This document shows, piece by piece, positions 13,555 through 25,970 of a DNA stretch of 64,000 bases. The DNA lies in assembly GCF_963921235.1 (NCBI RefSeq), contig NC_086108.1, positions 106,580,001-106,644,000 on the forward strand, read 5' to 3'. The stretch's first letter is position 1. Each line of letters opens with the position of its first letter. Position numbers and translations under genes: made by a program. Under the pieces are notes generated by a model that worked only from the letters and a program-made list of their open reading frames with translations, made no database searches and was not told the DNA's origin. Origin of the DNA: Mobula hypostoma (Eukaryota).

Positions 13555-13905
13555 CTTAGTGAAGTTCTGGTCAATGATCTACAGGAAAAGTATCAATCAG
13601 ATTGAAAGAGCACAGAAAAATTTACAAGGATGTTTTCAGGACTTGAGGACCCGAGTTATAGGGAAAGGTTGAATAGGTTATTCCCTGGAGCATAGGAGAA
13701 GGAGGAGAGATTTGATCGAAGTATAAGGAGTATGATAGGGTCGCCTTTTTTCCACTGAGGTCAAAGGTTAAGAGTGAAAGGGGAATGTGAGTGGACTATG
13801 GAGGGTTACAGTCCAGGTGCAGGTCATTGGGACTAGGCAGAATAGAAGAATTGTATGGATTAGAAGGGCCAAAATGCCTGTTTCTGTGTTGTAATGCTCT
13901 ATGAC
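13555..13905 (+). mobile_element. Degraded CR1 3' fragment
   Basis: gttctggtc...tacaggaaa...gaaagggg...gggactaggcagaat, like 26200-26740. Confidence 0.65.
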
Positions 13906-14109
13906 TTTACAGACATCAATAAGTAAATTTAAGACTCTATTACACAATCACTCTATAACTCCATGACCCTACAGAAAGCACTAAACAAGTTAAAGACTCT
14001 GTGACTGTATGCCTTCATGACAGAGGGTACATGTTGGCTTGCTTGAAGTGCCCAAATCCCAAAATTAATTATAAAACATTATCAGTGCAGGTAGAATACC
14101 ACTAACCAA

Positions 14110-14245
14110 AACACAAGAGAATCTGCAGATGCAGGAAATCCAGAGCAACACATACACAAAATGAAGGAGGAAATCAGCAGATGAGGCAGCATCTATGAAG
14201 AGGAATAAACAGTTGACATTTTGGGCAAAGACCCTTCATCGGGTC
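14110..14245 (-). mobile_element. Penelope-like terminal (pLTR) fragment
   Basis: ctgcagatgc...acacaaaatg..ggaggaa.tcagcag...gcagcatctatg motif shared with the 3' terminus of the element at 29745-32800. Confidence 0.7.
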
Positions 14246-15199
14246 TCTAAACCTTAGTCCAAGTGGTTGAATTTAATATCAGAGAATACAACCTGAAATT
14301 CTTACTCTTCACAAATATCCATGAAAAAAACAGAATGAATGACAGAAGCATCAAAACCACATCATATGCGGTAGGGTAATTGTAGGCAGTTTCTAGATTA
14401 GGTTGGCACAACATTGTGGGCCAAAGGGCCTGTAATGTGCTGTAGATTTCTAGGTTCTATGTTCTTAATACCCTAAAGTCCCCCTGCCCCCTCCCATGCA
14501 CAAGCAATACAGAGGCATTGACCCTTCCCCCAATTGCACCAGCAAAAACACTGACTTCCCTCTACCGCCCCCCCCCACCACCACCGATCATGCAAGCAAT
14601 AGCAAAAGCCTCCAAAGAGACATTGATCACTAAATATCAGAAGAAATAGCAAAATGCCAAAATATAATTTTTTTGCAAGACCAATTGAGAAGAGGTTGTC
14701 AGGGAAAAGTGACTGGCAGATGGCAAACATTCAATGTCGGGATTCTAACTAGGAGATATTTAACTTAACTGTTCAGAATTTACACTTGGCTATCTGGTGG
14801 AATAATCTACTTGCTAACCTTTTATTGATTAATTTCCAGTTAGTTTTAAATGAACGTCTGCTGCGATGTACGTGTGTAGAAGAGCAATGATCTCCATTTA
14901 ATCCGAGGCACTTCTGAGAGTGGAAAGATGAGAAAAAGTCAAACGAGACCATGTTTTGTTCTAGATAAATCTTCCCTTTACTGCCAAGAATTTTAAAAAA
15001 TCAATCTGTTGTCACCCATATTTTCTCATATTAAATTCAGTTTGTTTTTGCCATTGACTGGAAACCCATTCCCAAGATTTCCTTGAGTACTTCACTATTC
15101 TTCAAAACAACTGATATTATTTATTCAGTTGTGCTTACATTCTAATTTTGCAGCACAAAACACAATTTGGTCATTACCTTATCTTTCCCATATGTTACA

Positions 15200-15955
15200 A
15201 CACAGAACATAACAGCACAGTACAGGCCCTTCAGCCCACAGTATTGTTCAGTCCTTTAAAATTACTCTATGATCAATCTCACCCTTCCCTCCTTCATGGC
15301 CCTCCATTTTTCTATCGTCCATGTGCCTAGCTAATAACCGAATGCCACTCACCCTAAACTCAAGAGATGCTGCAGATGCTGGAAATCCAGAGCAACTTAC
15401 ATGCAGAGTGATGGAGAAACTCAGCAGATCAGGCAACACCTATGGAGTGGAATAAACATTCAACATTTTAGGCCAAGGATCTTTGTTAGGATTCTGTTCA
15501 AATGGTTCAATTTAATATCAGAGATTCTATCAAGTCTCTTAAATGTTCCTAATGTATCTGTCTCTACCACCACCCCAGCAAGGTGTCCACACATGCACCA
15601 TTCTCTGTGTAAAGAACTTACCTCTAACATTGTGCCCCCATCCCCATACTTTCCATCACCTTAAAATTATGTCCTCTTGTATTAGCCATTACTACCCTGG
15701 GAAAAAAATGTCTGGCTGTCCGCTCAATCTGTCTTTTTCATCTTGTACACCTCTATTGAGTCACCTCTCATCCTCCTTTGCTCCAAAGATAAAGTCTTAG
15801 CTCTCTCAACCTACCTTCATAAGACACACCCTCTAGTCCAGGCAGCATCCTGATAAATCTCCTCTGCACCTTCTCGAAATCTTCCACATCATCCCTGTAA
15901 TGAGGCAACTAGAACTGAACACAATATTCCAAGTGTGGTCTCTCCGGGGTTTTAA
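15200..15955 (-). mobile_element. CR1 3' fragment containing a Penelope terminal insert (~15358-15495)
   Basis: Reverse CR1 motifs (aatctcctctgcacc, gaactgaacacaatattccaagtgtgg); insert matches pLTR motif. Confidence 0.7.
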
Positions 15956-16209
15956 AGATCTTCCCTCCAATCAGAAGTAGTTCACTCCTCAGCATTTGTG
16001 AATTTAACAGTGAGTAATTGATTGTGGCCAATTTATCCGAATTTATTCAGCTAACTTGTAGTCAGCTGAACTTCCTGAATCTTTCCTTTGGAATTAATTC
16101 CCTGTAGGTAAGGTGGAATCAGTCCTGCTCTTTCCACCATTCCACAGCATCTAAGCATTACCCACATGGGTAATGCCCAGATTTACTATTCTTCCCCCAC
16201 AGACCAGGA

Positions 16210-16385
16210 ATTCATTGCAGCAGTCAACTATCATCTTCTTCTCCATTTCCTCCTTCTCCTTCTTTCCCCTTCTCTGTCCTCTTCTCCTTCTGCTCCTCCC
16301 ATCTTTCTCATCCTTCTCTTCAACTATCTTTCATGTCTCCTCCTCCTCTTCCACTTCTTACTCCCTTCCTTCTCCTCTATCTTCT
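16210..16385. repeat. Pyrimidine-rich low-complexity tract
   Basis: (ctcctt/ctctt)-like simple sequence. Confidence 0.75.
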
Positions 16386-16389
16386 TAAT

Positions 16390-16972
16390 CACCAAGGTAT
16401 TGAGTACAGGAGTTGGGATGTTACCTTGAAGTTGTATAAGATGTTGATGAGGCCTAATTTGGAGTATTGTGTGCCATTCTGGTTACCCACCTACAGGAAA
16501 GATATCAATTAGGTTGAAAGAGTGCAGAGAAAATTTACTAAGATGTTGTCAGGATCTGAGAACCTGAATTATAGTGAATGGTTAAATAGATTAAGATTGT
16601 ATTCCCTGGAGTTTAGGAGAATGAGGGGAGATTTGAGGGAGGTATACAAAGTAATGAGGGATATGGATCAGATAAATGCAAACAAGCCCTTTCTAATGAG
16701 GTTGGGTAAGACTAGAACTAGAGGTAAAACATTAAAGGTGACTAGTAAAATATTTAAGGGGACCATGAGAGGGAACTTCTTCATTAAGAGGGTGGTGCGA
16801 GCTCGGAACGAGCTGCCAGCAGAAGTGGTAGAAACACATTCATTTTCTACATTTAAGAGAAAGTTGGATAGGTACATGGATGGTCCATGTGCAGGTCAAT
16901 GAGACTAGGCAACATAATAGATTGGCATGGACTAGTTGGGCAAAGGATCAATATCTGTGCTTTTCTATGATT
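16390..16972 (+). mobile_element. CR1 3' fragment
   Basis: ORF 16522..16902 (YSLEFRRMRGDL, FFIKRVVRARNELP). Confidence 0.85.
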
Positions 16973-17704
16973 CTTTCACTAATCTAGAGTGGAAGTAAAT
17001 TGTCTTGTATCCCAACAGACCATCTAATAGAAGAAAGAAATTTCAATTTCAACTGCACCTGTTAAAAGACATTTGGAAAGGTACAGTATATGAGTTATAA
17101 AGGTTAGAAGGATATAGGCCAAATGTACTGAAAAAGGACTACCTTGGGCAGACATCTTGGGTTGCGTGTAAAAACTGGGCTCTGTTATATAACTGTTATA
17201 TGACCAATTGAACATCAAGCAGTGACTTTATTTAAAGTCCTTGACTTAATTTAGTTATTTGTCCTTAAATGTATTACTTTCTTAGACTAGTTATTAGGAT
17301 GGGATTTGTCTTCTGGAAGCTTGCTCACTAACTTAACTAACTTCACTACCACATCCATTGACTCTACTTCTTTGGGGCAGTCTAAGAATACACCATAATG
17401 AATAAAATTATTTTTCTTCCTCTTCCTTGATGTGCTAATATTTAGAACATAGAACATAACACAGTACAGCACAATACAGGACATTTGGACCTCTTTTTTG
17501 CCGACACTTTAACCTGCTCCATGATCAATCTAACCCTTCCCTACCATGTAATGGCCCATATTTCTTTAGTCCATGTTCTATCTAAGAGTCTTTTAAGTCT
17601 CACTAATAAATTAGCCTCTTCATTCCACAAACTTACCACTCTCTGGGTAAAAAACATACGACTGACATCTCCCCAATACTTTCCACAATAAAGTTATGTC
17701 CCCT

Positions 17705-18385
17705 TCAGAATCAGATTTAATATCACCAGTATATGTCTTGAAGCCTGTTAGCTTTACAGCAGCAGTACAATGAAATACTTGATAAATAAATATAGAGAAA
17801 AAAACTGAATGATATTAAGTATATTTATGTCTATTAAATAGTTCACTTTTTTAAAATAAGTAGTGCAAAATAAGCACAAATAAAATTAGTGAGGTCGTGT
17901 TCATGGGTTCAATGTCCATTTAGAAAATGGATGGCAGAGGGGAAGAAGCTGTTCCTGAATTGCTGAGTGTGTGCCTTCAGACTCCTGTACCTCCTTCCTG
18001 ATGGTAACAATGAGAAGGGAACATGTCCTGGGTGGTGGGTATCCTTAATGATGGACACAGCCTTCCTAAGGCACCACTCTTTGAAGATGTCTTGGACACT
18101 ACACAGGCTGGTAGCCCTGATGGACCTGACTAATTTTACAAGTTTCTGCAACATATTTAATCTTGAGCAGTAGTGACTCAAACTAGATGGTGATGCAACC
18201 TGTCAGAATGCTCTCCATGGGACATCTGTAGAAGTTGTTGTAGTTGACAAACCAAATCTCCTCAATCTCCTAATGAAATACAGCCACTGTCTAGCCATCT
18301 TTATTGCTGCATCAATATGTTCTGTCCAGGTTAGGCCCCCAGAGATATTGACACCCAGGATCTTGAAATTGCCCACTTTTCTATT
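17705..18385 (-). mobile_element. Rex1/Babar-type LINE 3' end inserted in a minus-strand CR1 fragment (17443-18515)
   Basis: ORF 18203..18391 KMARQWLYFIRRLRRFG (DUF1891-like) and 17909..18181 HPGHVPFSLLPSGRRYRSLKAHTQQFRNSFFPSAI. Confidence 0.8.
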
Positions 18386-18664
18386 AGTCACTTGGTCCTG
18401 GGAAAAAGGCCCTGGTATCCACTCTAACCATACCTCTTATCATTTTGTACACTTCTATTAAGTCACCTTTCATCCTCCATTCCTCCAAAGAGAAAAACAC
18501 TAGGTCGCTCAACATAGCTAATCTCTTTAAACCTTGAATGGAAGAGATTCATCTATCCCAATCACCTAGGTTCATATGTTGATAGTAATTGAGGACTAAC
18601 TATTGGCTAGGATCCTGGTCTTCACAAAATAGTAACGTGTGGTCTTTGACTTCCACCTAAAACA

Positions 18665-19035
18665 CCCCACCACTGAGCACATCTGTAATGAGTGCTATTG
18701 CAGGAAAACAGCATCCATGAAGGATCCTCACCATCCAGTCCGTACTCCCTTCTTGCTGCTGCCATCGGGAAGGAGGTACAGGAGCCTTAGGACCCACACC
18801 ACCAGGTTGAATAACAGTTATTACCCCTCAACCATCAGGGTCCTGAATCAGTGTGGATACCTTCACACACCTCATCCCTGACCTGATTTCACATCCTATT
18901 GACTCAGTTTAAAGGACTCTGCAACTCATGTTCTTAATGTTAATTATCTACTGTTATTATTTTGGTTTTCTTTTTGTATTTGCACAATTTGTTGTCTCTT
19001 GCACATTGGTTGTTTGTCTGACTTTGTGTGCAATT
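18665..19035 (+). mobile_element. Rex1/Babar-type LINE 3' fragment
   Basis: ORF 18639..18881 LLPSGRRYRSLRTHTTRLNNSYYPSTIRVLN. Confidence 0.75.
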
Positions 19036-19099
19036 TTTCCCAGTGGAACAGGCTATTCTGCCCCTTCATGTCTGCTGCCAGAAACTCATCTATTTAAAA

Positions 19100-22000
19100 A
19101 CAAGAAAAAGTCTGCATATGCTGGAAATCAAGGCACACAAAATGCTGGAGGAACTCAGCAGGTCAGGCAGCGTCTATGAGGAAAGAGTAAACAGAAAAGA
19201 AGAGATGTGTCGGGCTGAGACCCTTCATCAGGACTGAAGAAAAACGTGAAAAGTCAGAGTAAGAAGGTGGAGGGAGGGGAGGAAGAAATACAAGGTAGTA
19301 GGTGATAGGTGAAACCAGGAGAGGGGCAGAGGTGAAGTAAAGAGCTGGGAAGTCAATTGGTGAAAGAGATAAAGGGCTGGAGGAAGGAAAATTTTGATAG
19401 AAGGGGATAGAAGTCCATGGAAGAGAGGGAAGAGGGAGGAGCACCAGAGGAGGTGATGGTCAGGTAAGGAGATAAGGTGAGAGAGGGAAATGGGAATGGG
19501 GAATGGGGAATGGTGAAGGAGTAGGGGGGGCAATTACCCAAATTTTGAAAAATTGATGTACATGCCATCAGGTTGGAAGCTACCCCAGATGGATTAAAAG
19601 GTGTTGCTCCTCCAGAGTGTGGCCCCAACATGGCATGGGACTGACATGTCAAAATGGGAATGGGAAGTAGAATGGGTGGTCACCACGAAATTCCACTTTT
19701 TCCGGCAGTGTTTGGTGAAGCAGTCTCCAAATCTCTGTCGGGTCTCACTGATATATACAGGCGGCCGCACTGGGCGCACTGGATAGAGCAGATGACCCTA
19801 ACAGACTCACAGATGAAGTGTCACATCATCTGGAAGGACTGATAGGGGTCCTGAATGATAGTGAGGGAGGAGGTGCAGGGGCAGGTGGGCACCTGTTCCA
19901 CTTGCAAAGGTAAGTACCAGGAGGGTGATCAGTGGGCAGGGACGAATGGATGAGGGAGATGCACAGGGAGGGATCTCTGTGGAAAATGGTATGTGGGTGA
20001 GAAGGGAAATACGTGCTTGGTGGTGGAATCCCGTTGGAGGTTGCAGAAGTTATGGAGAATTACGTGCTGGATGTGGAGACTGGTGGGGTGGTAGGTAAGG
20101 ACAAGAGGAACCCTAACCGCTGGTGGGGTGGCGGGTAGATGGGGTGAGGGCAAATGTGCACGAAATGGAAGAGAAGCATGTGAGGGCAGTGTTAATGGTT
20201 GAAGAAGGAAACAGCTTTTCTTTGAAGGAGGAGGACATCTCATTTTGAGCAATGAGGAAGGGTTAATTAGCAATCTTGTCGTGAGAGGCCCCTTGGGTAA
20301 AAGTGACCATAATATGGTGGAATTCTTCATTAAGATGGAGAGTGACATAGTTAATTCAGAAACAAAGGTTCTGAACTTAAAGAGGGGTAACTTTGAAGGT
20401 ATGAGACGTGAATTGGCTAAGATAGACTGGCAAATGACACTTAAAGGATTGACGGTGGATATGCAATGGCAAGCATTTAAAGGTTGCATGGATGAACTAC
20501 AACAATTGTTCATCCCAGTTTGGCAAAAGAATAAATCAAGGAAGGTAGTGCACCCGTGGCTGACAAGAGAAATTAGGGATAGTATCAATTCCAAAGAAGA
20601 AGCATACAAATTAGCCAGAAAAAGTGGCTCACCTGAGGACTGGGAGAAATTCAGAGTTCAGCAGAGGAGGACAAAGGGCTTAATTAGGAAGGGGAAAAAA
20701 GATTATGAGAGAAAACTGGCAGGGAACATAAAAACGGACTGTAAAAGCTTTTATAGATATGTAAAAAGGAAAAGACTGGTAAAGACAAATGTAGGTCCCC
20801 TGCAGACAGAAACAGGTGAATTGATTATGGGGAGCAAGGACATGGCAGACCAATTGAATAATTACTTTGGTTCTGTCTTCACTAAGGAGGACATAAATAA
20901 TCTTCCAGAAATAGTAGGGGACAGAGGGTCCAGTGAGATGGAGGAACTGAGCGAAATACATGTTAGTAGGGAAGTGGTGTTAGGTAAATTGAAGGGATTG
21001 AAGGCCGATAAATCCCCAGGGCCAGATGGTCTACATCCTAGAGTGCTTAAGAAAGTAGCCCAAGAAATAGTGGATGCATTAGTGATAATTTTTCAAAACT
21101 CGTTAGATTCTGGACTAGTTCCTGAGGATTGGAGGGTGGCTAATGTAACTCCACTTTTTAAAAAAGGAGGGAGAGATAAACCGGGGAATTATAGACCGGT
21201 TAGCCTAACGTCGGTGGTGGGGAAACTGCTGGAGTCAGTTATCAAGGATGTGATAACAGCACATTTGGAAAGCGGTGAAATCATCGGACAAAGTCAGCAT
21301 GGATTTGTGAAAGGAAAATCATGTCTGACGAATCTCATAGAATTTTTTGAGGATGTAACTACTATAGTGGATAGGGGAGAATCAGTGGATGTGGTATATT
21401 TGGATTTTCAAAAGGCTTTTGACAAGGTCCCACACAGGAGATTAGTGTGCAAACTTAAGGCACACGATATTGGGGGTAAGGTATTGGTGTGGGTGGAGAA
21501 TTGGTTAGCAGACAGGAAGCAAAGAGTGGGAATAAACGGGACCTTTTCAGAATGGCAGGCGGTGACGAGTGGGGTACTGCAAGGCTCAGTGCTGGGACCC
21601 CAGTTGTTTACAATATATATTAATGACTTGGATGAGGGAATTAAATGCAGCATCTCCAAGTTTGCAGATGACACGAAGCTGGGTGGCAGTGTTAGCTGTG
21701 AGGAGGATGCTAAGAGGATGCAGGGTGACTTGGATAGGTTGGGTGAGTGGGCAAATTCATGGCCGATGCCATTTAATGGGGATAAATCTGAAGTTATCTA
21801 CTTTGGTGGCAAAAATAGGAAAACAGATTATTATCTGAATGGTGGCCGATTAGGAAAAGGGGAGGTGCAACGAGACCTGGGTGTCATTATACACCAGTCA
21901 TTGAAAGTGGGCATGCAGGTACAGCAGGCGGTGAAAAAGGCGAATGGTATGCTGGCATTTATAGCGAGAGGATTCGCGTACAGGAGCAGGGAGGTACTAC

Positions 22001-23370
22001 TGCAGTTGTACAAGGCCTTGGTGAGACCACACCTGGAGTATTGTGTGCAGTTTTGGTCCCCTAATCTGAGGAAAGACATCCTTGCCATAGAGGGAGTACA
22101 AAGAAGGTTCACCAGATTGATTCCTGGGATGGCGGGACTTTCATATGAGGAAAGACTGGATGAATTGGGCTTGTACTCGTTGGAATTTAGAAGATTGAGG
22201 GGGAATCTGATTGAAACGTATAAGATCCTAAAGGGATTGGACAGGCTAGATGCAGGAAGGTTGTTCCCGATGTTGGGGAAGTCCAGAACGAGGGGCCACA
22301 GTTTGAGGATAGAGGGGAAGCCTTTTAGGACCGAGATTAGGAAAAACTTCTTCACACAGAGAGTGGTGAATCTGTGGAATTCTCTGCCACAGGAAACAGT
22401 TGAGGCCAGTTCATTAGCTATATTTAAGAGGGAGTTAGATATGGCCCTTGTGGCTACGGGGGTCAGGGGGTATGGAGGGAAGGCTGGGGCAGGGTTCTGA
22501 GTTGGATGATCAGCCATGATCATAATAAATGGCAGTGCAGGCTCGAAGGGCCGAATGGCCTACTCCTGCACCTATTTTCTATGTTTCTATATTACTTCTG
22601 GAATGAAAAGCCTCATCTTGAAAGCAGATACAGTGGAGACAGAGAAATTGAGAGAAGGAGATGGAACTTTTATAAGTGACAGAGTGGGAAGAGGTATAAT
22701 CCAGGTAGCTTTGAGAATCAGTGGGTTTATAAAACATATCGGTAGATAAGCTCTCTACAGAGATAGAAGCAGAGAGATTGAAAAATGGGAGGGAGGTGTC
22801 AGAAATGGACCAGGGAAATTTGAAAGCAGGTTTGAAGTTGAAGGCAAAGTTGCCAAGCTCAGTATGGTTTCAGGAAACAGCACCAATGCAGTTGTCGATG
22901 TAGTGTATGAAAATTTGGGGAGTGATATTGGTGTAGGCTTGGAACATTGAGAGTTCCACATAGCTGACAAAAAAACAGACATAGCTGGGACCCATGCAAG
23001 TGCCCATGGCTACATCTTTTGTTTGAAGGAAGTGAGAGGAGCCAAAGAAGAAATTATTGAGAGTAAGGATCAATTGCTCCAGATGAAGGAGAGTGATAGT
23101 GGAGGGAAACTGTTTGAGTCTGGTGTTCAGAAAGATATGGAGAAGTTTGAGGCCTTCCTGGTGGAGGATGGAGGTGTAGCGAACATCTATAGTGAAAATG
23201 AGATGATCATGGCCAGGGAATTTGAAGTCATTGAAAAGATTAAGAGTGTGTGAGGTGTCATGGATTTAGGTAGGAAGAGACTGAAATGGGAGGATAAAAA
23301 AGAGTCGAGGTATGCAGATCTACGTTCGGTGAGGCAGGAACAAGCAGAAACAATGGGTGTATCCAGAAAG
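19100..23370 (-). mobile_element. Decayed Penelope-like element split by the CR1 at 20245-22590
   Basis: ORF 22870..23073 VAMGTCMGPSYVCFF...YIDN (PLE RT); 19594..19779 YISETRQR (GIY-YIG remnant); pLTR at 19100-19530; colinear with 29745-32800. Confidence 0.85.
20245..22500 (+). CDS. CR1 LINE ORF2, 5'-truncated but uninterrupted (endonuclease tail + RT + C-terminal domain); element 20245-22590
   Basis: 751-aa open frame: SDH, KSPGPDG, PGNYRPVSLTS, DFQKAFDKVPH, QGSVLGP, KFADD, RPHLEYCVQFW; tail ttctatgtttctat; possible 3-bp TSD ATT (20242-20244 / 22591-22593). Confidence 0.93.
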   Translation: MSNEEGLISNLVVRGPLGKSDHNMVEFFIKMESDIVNSETKVLNLKRGNFEGMRRELAKIDWQMTLKGLTVDMQWQAFKGCMDELQQLFIPVWQKNKSRKVVHPWLTREIRDSINSKEEAYKLARKSGSPEDWEKFRVQQRRTKGLIRKGKKDYERKLAGNIKTDCKSFYRYVKRKRLVKTNVGPLQTETGELIMGSKDMADQLNNYFGSVFTKEDINNLPEIVGDRGSSEMEELSEIHVSREVVLGKLKGLKADKSPGPDGLHPRVLKKVAQEIVDALVIIFQNSLDSGLVPEDWRVANVTPLFKKGGRDKPGNYRPVSLTSVVGKLLESVIKDVITAHLESGEIIGQSQHGFVKGKSCLTNLIEFFEDVTTIVDRGESVDVVYLDFQKAFDKVPHRRLVCKLKAHDIGGKVLVWVENWLADRKQRVGINGTFSEWQAVTSGVLQGSVLGPQLFTIYINDLDEGIKCSISKFADDTKLGGSVSCEEDAKRMQGDLDRLGEWANSWPMPFNGDKSEVIYFGGKNRKTDYYLNGGRLGKGEVQRDLGVIIHQSLKVGMQVQQAVKKANGMLAFIARGFAYRSREVLLQLYKALVRPHLEYCVQFWSPNLRKDILAIEGVQRRFTRLIPGMAGLSYEERLDELGLYSLEFRRLRGNLIETYKILKGLDRLDAGRLFPMLGKSRTRGHSLRIEGKPFRTEIRKNFFTQRVVNLWNSLPQETVEASSLAIFKRELDMALVATGVRGYGGKAGAGF

Positions 23371-23384
23371 AAGCAGAGGGCTTT

Positions 23385-23515
23385 GATACACCAGTATCAG
23401 TCCCCAACTTTTCCTGTGCTATATCGACGACTGCATTGATGCTGCTTCTCGCACCCATGCTGAGCTCGTCAACTTCATCAACTTTTCTGCCATCTTCCAC
23501 CCTGCCCTCAAATTG
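23385..23515 (+). mobile_element. Penelope-like RT fragment in inverted orientation
   Basis: tatatcgacgactgc = YIDDC; matches 31055-31185 and is inverted relative to 22810-22940. Confidence 0.75.
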
Positions 23516-23844
23516 CTTGATATGGCAGCCATATGGCAACTACGTGACCACAAAAAACTGCAGGGAGTTGCTGAGACAGTTCAGCACATCACGGAAACCA
23601 GCCTCCTCTCCATGAACTATCATGCAAACCAGATCATGCCATCTATTAGCATTCCAAGATAACTTAAAAGAGAACTGGAAACAGAATGTGCTGTACCCAG
23701 AACAGCACACACAAGATGCTGGAGGAACTCAGCAGGACAGTTCTGGTGAAGTGCCTCAGCCCAAAACATGGACTCTTTATTCCTTTCCATAGACACTGCC
23801 TGGCCTGCTGAGTACCTCCAGCATTTTGTGTGTGTCACTCTTGC

Positions 23845-23960
23845 ATTTCAACAGTGTCTTTAATAACCACAAATGTCCCCAAAGCACTTTACAGCCAGTG
23901 AAGTGGTTTCAATGAGTAATTATCTGCTGAAATGTAGGAATTCTGGTCGGCCATTTGATA
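23845..23960 (-). mobile_element. Possible ancient Deu-domain SINE relic (second relic ~48180-48245, +)
   Basis: cccaaagcactttacagccagtgaagt...aatgtaggaa resembles the SacSINE1/AmnSINE1 Deu core as I recall it; not verified by search. Confidence 0.4.
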
Positions 23961-24857
23961 TCACTTTTCCAGAATTCCAGTGTGTAAACATAAAAGGCAG
24001 ACTCTCACCGCATTATTTCTGAGTAATTAGTGAGAATGGGAAAGCATCTGCTTCTATCGTGCTGTTTTTCACTCTTTGTTCTGGAGCAATAGGCCAACTT
24101 ATTTATTTATTTAGAGATGCAGTGCAGAACAGGACCTACTGCTGGCCAAGCAGCCCACATGTGGAATTCTTTGCCGCAAGCAGCCGCGGAAACCAAGTCA
24201 TTTGGCATACTTAAGGCAGAGGTTGATAGATTCTTGATTAGTCAGGGTGTGAAGGGGTACTGGGAGAAGGCAGGAGAATGCAGCAGAGAGGAAAAATGTA
24301 TCAGCCATGATGAAATGGCAGAGCAGACTCGATGAGCCAAATAGTTTAATCCTGCTCCTATATCTTATAGAACTTGGTCTTATTTAACCCTAGCCTAATC
24401 ACAAGGTATTAGTCTACTAACCAGCACGTTCTGTGCTGCAGGAGGAAATCAGGGCACCCAGAGGAAACCCACATGGTTCACAGGGAGGAATGTACAAAGT
24501 TCTTATAGACAATATCAGAACTGGACTCCAAAGTCCGAATCACTGAGCTGTAACAGTGTCGCACTAATGGCTATGCTACATGGAATTTAATCCCTAGTTA
24601 GATAACATTACGGTAAAGAAAAAGCAACCATTTGTACCAAAGAATAAACAATAACTAATATTAACACAAGAGATCCTGCAGATACAATTAACAACAATTG
24701 GTAAACTGGTTTATTAATACCACACATACCAAGGAGTTAATGCCGCCAATATTTTACATCTTGAATAATGTGTTTCTCAACTGCAAACGTGATTAGTTCC
24801 AGAACAACCCCACCATTCACAAACCTATCAATCTTACTCCTGACTTTCTCATGAATG

Positions 24858-25355
24858 TTCTGCAGATGCTGGAAATACAGAATCACGCACACAAAATGCT
24901 GGAGTATCTAAGTAGGTCTGGCAGCATCTACAGAGATGAATAAACAGTCGACGTTTTGGGCCGAGACCCTTCCTCAGGACTGGGAAGGAAGGGAGAAGAA
25001 GCCAGAATAAGAAGGTGGGAGGGTGGGGAAGGAGTATAAGCTAGAAGGTGACAGGTGAAGCCAGGTGTGTTGGGGAGGGGGATGAGGTATGAAGCTGGGA
25101 GGTGATAGGTGGAAAAGGTAAAGAGGGCATAGAAGAAGGAATTTGATAGGAGAGGAGAGTGGACTATGAGTGAAAGGGAAGGAGGAGGGGCACCAAAGGG
25201 AGGTGATAGTCAGGTGGGGAGAAGAGAAAAGCTAAGGGGGGTGCCAGAGAGGAGAATGGCAGAAGACAGAACAGAGAGTGGATAATATTACCAGATGCTG
25301 GCGAAATCAAAGTTCATGCCATCATTTTGGAGGATAACCAGATGGAATATCAGGT
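24858..25355 (-). mobile_element. Penelope-like terminal repeat
   Basis: pLTR motif, purine-rich tract and ttcatgccatc...gga end as in other PLE copies. Confidence 0.8.
24945..24982 (-). ncRNA. Minimal type-I hammerhead ribozyme motif (best-preserved copy; G12>A)
   Basis: Minus strand CAGUC-CUGAGGA-A-GGGUC UC GGCCC-AAAA-CGUC-GACUG: helix I, CUGANGA core, helix II, GUC site; GAAA mutated to AAAA. Confidence 0.75.
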
Positions 25356-25372
25356 AGCTTCAGATCAGAGGA

Positions 25373-25970
25373 CATAGAAGCAGAATTAGGCCACTGGGCC
25401 TATTGAGTCTACTTCGCCCTTACATCATGGCTGACTTATTACCCCTCTCAACCCCATTCTCCTCCCCTCTCCCTGTGACCAAGAAGCTCTGCTTTAAATA
25501 TCCTCAATGATTTGGACCTTGCAGCTGTCTGTGGCAATAAATTCCATAGGTTCACTATCTGCTGGCTGAAGAAATTCCTTATTATCTCTGTTCAAAATGG
25601 AGATCCCTCTATCCTGTGCTGAGCGTTCTGGTCCTAGACTTGCCCAATCGAGGAAACATCCACTTTATCTAGGCCTTTAAATGGTCAATAGGTTTCAATA
25701 AGATCCCCCCTCATTCTTCTAAACTCCAGCAATTACAAGGCCATGGGTCATCAAATGCTCCTCATATGTTAACCCTTTCATTCCAGGAATAATTCTTGTG
25801 AGCCTCCTCTGGACCCTTTCCAATGCCAGCACATCTTTTAGACAAGGGACCGAAAACTGCTCACAATACACCAAGTCTGACCAATACTGTATAAAGTCCC
25901 AGCATTACATACTTGCTTTTACATTCCAGTTCTCTAGAAATGAAGGCTAACATTACATTTGCCTTTCTTC
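25373..25970 (-). mobile_element. CR1 3' fragment
   Basis: Reverse CR1 3' motifs, colinear with 3844-4500. Confidence 0.8.

Noticed and set aside
18203..18391. ALKBH8-like (DUF1891) peptide as a host gene exon
   Set aside because: The motif is part of Rex1/Babar-type LINE ORF2 and is contiguous with its 3' end
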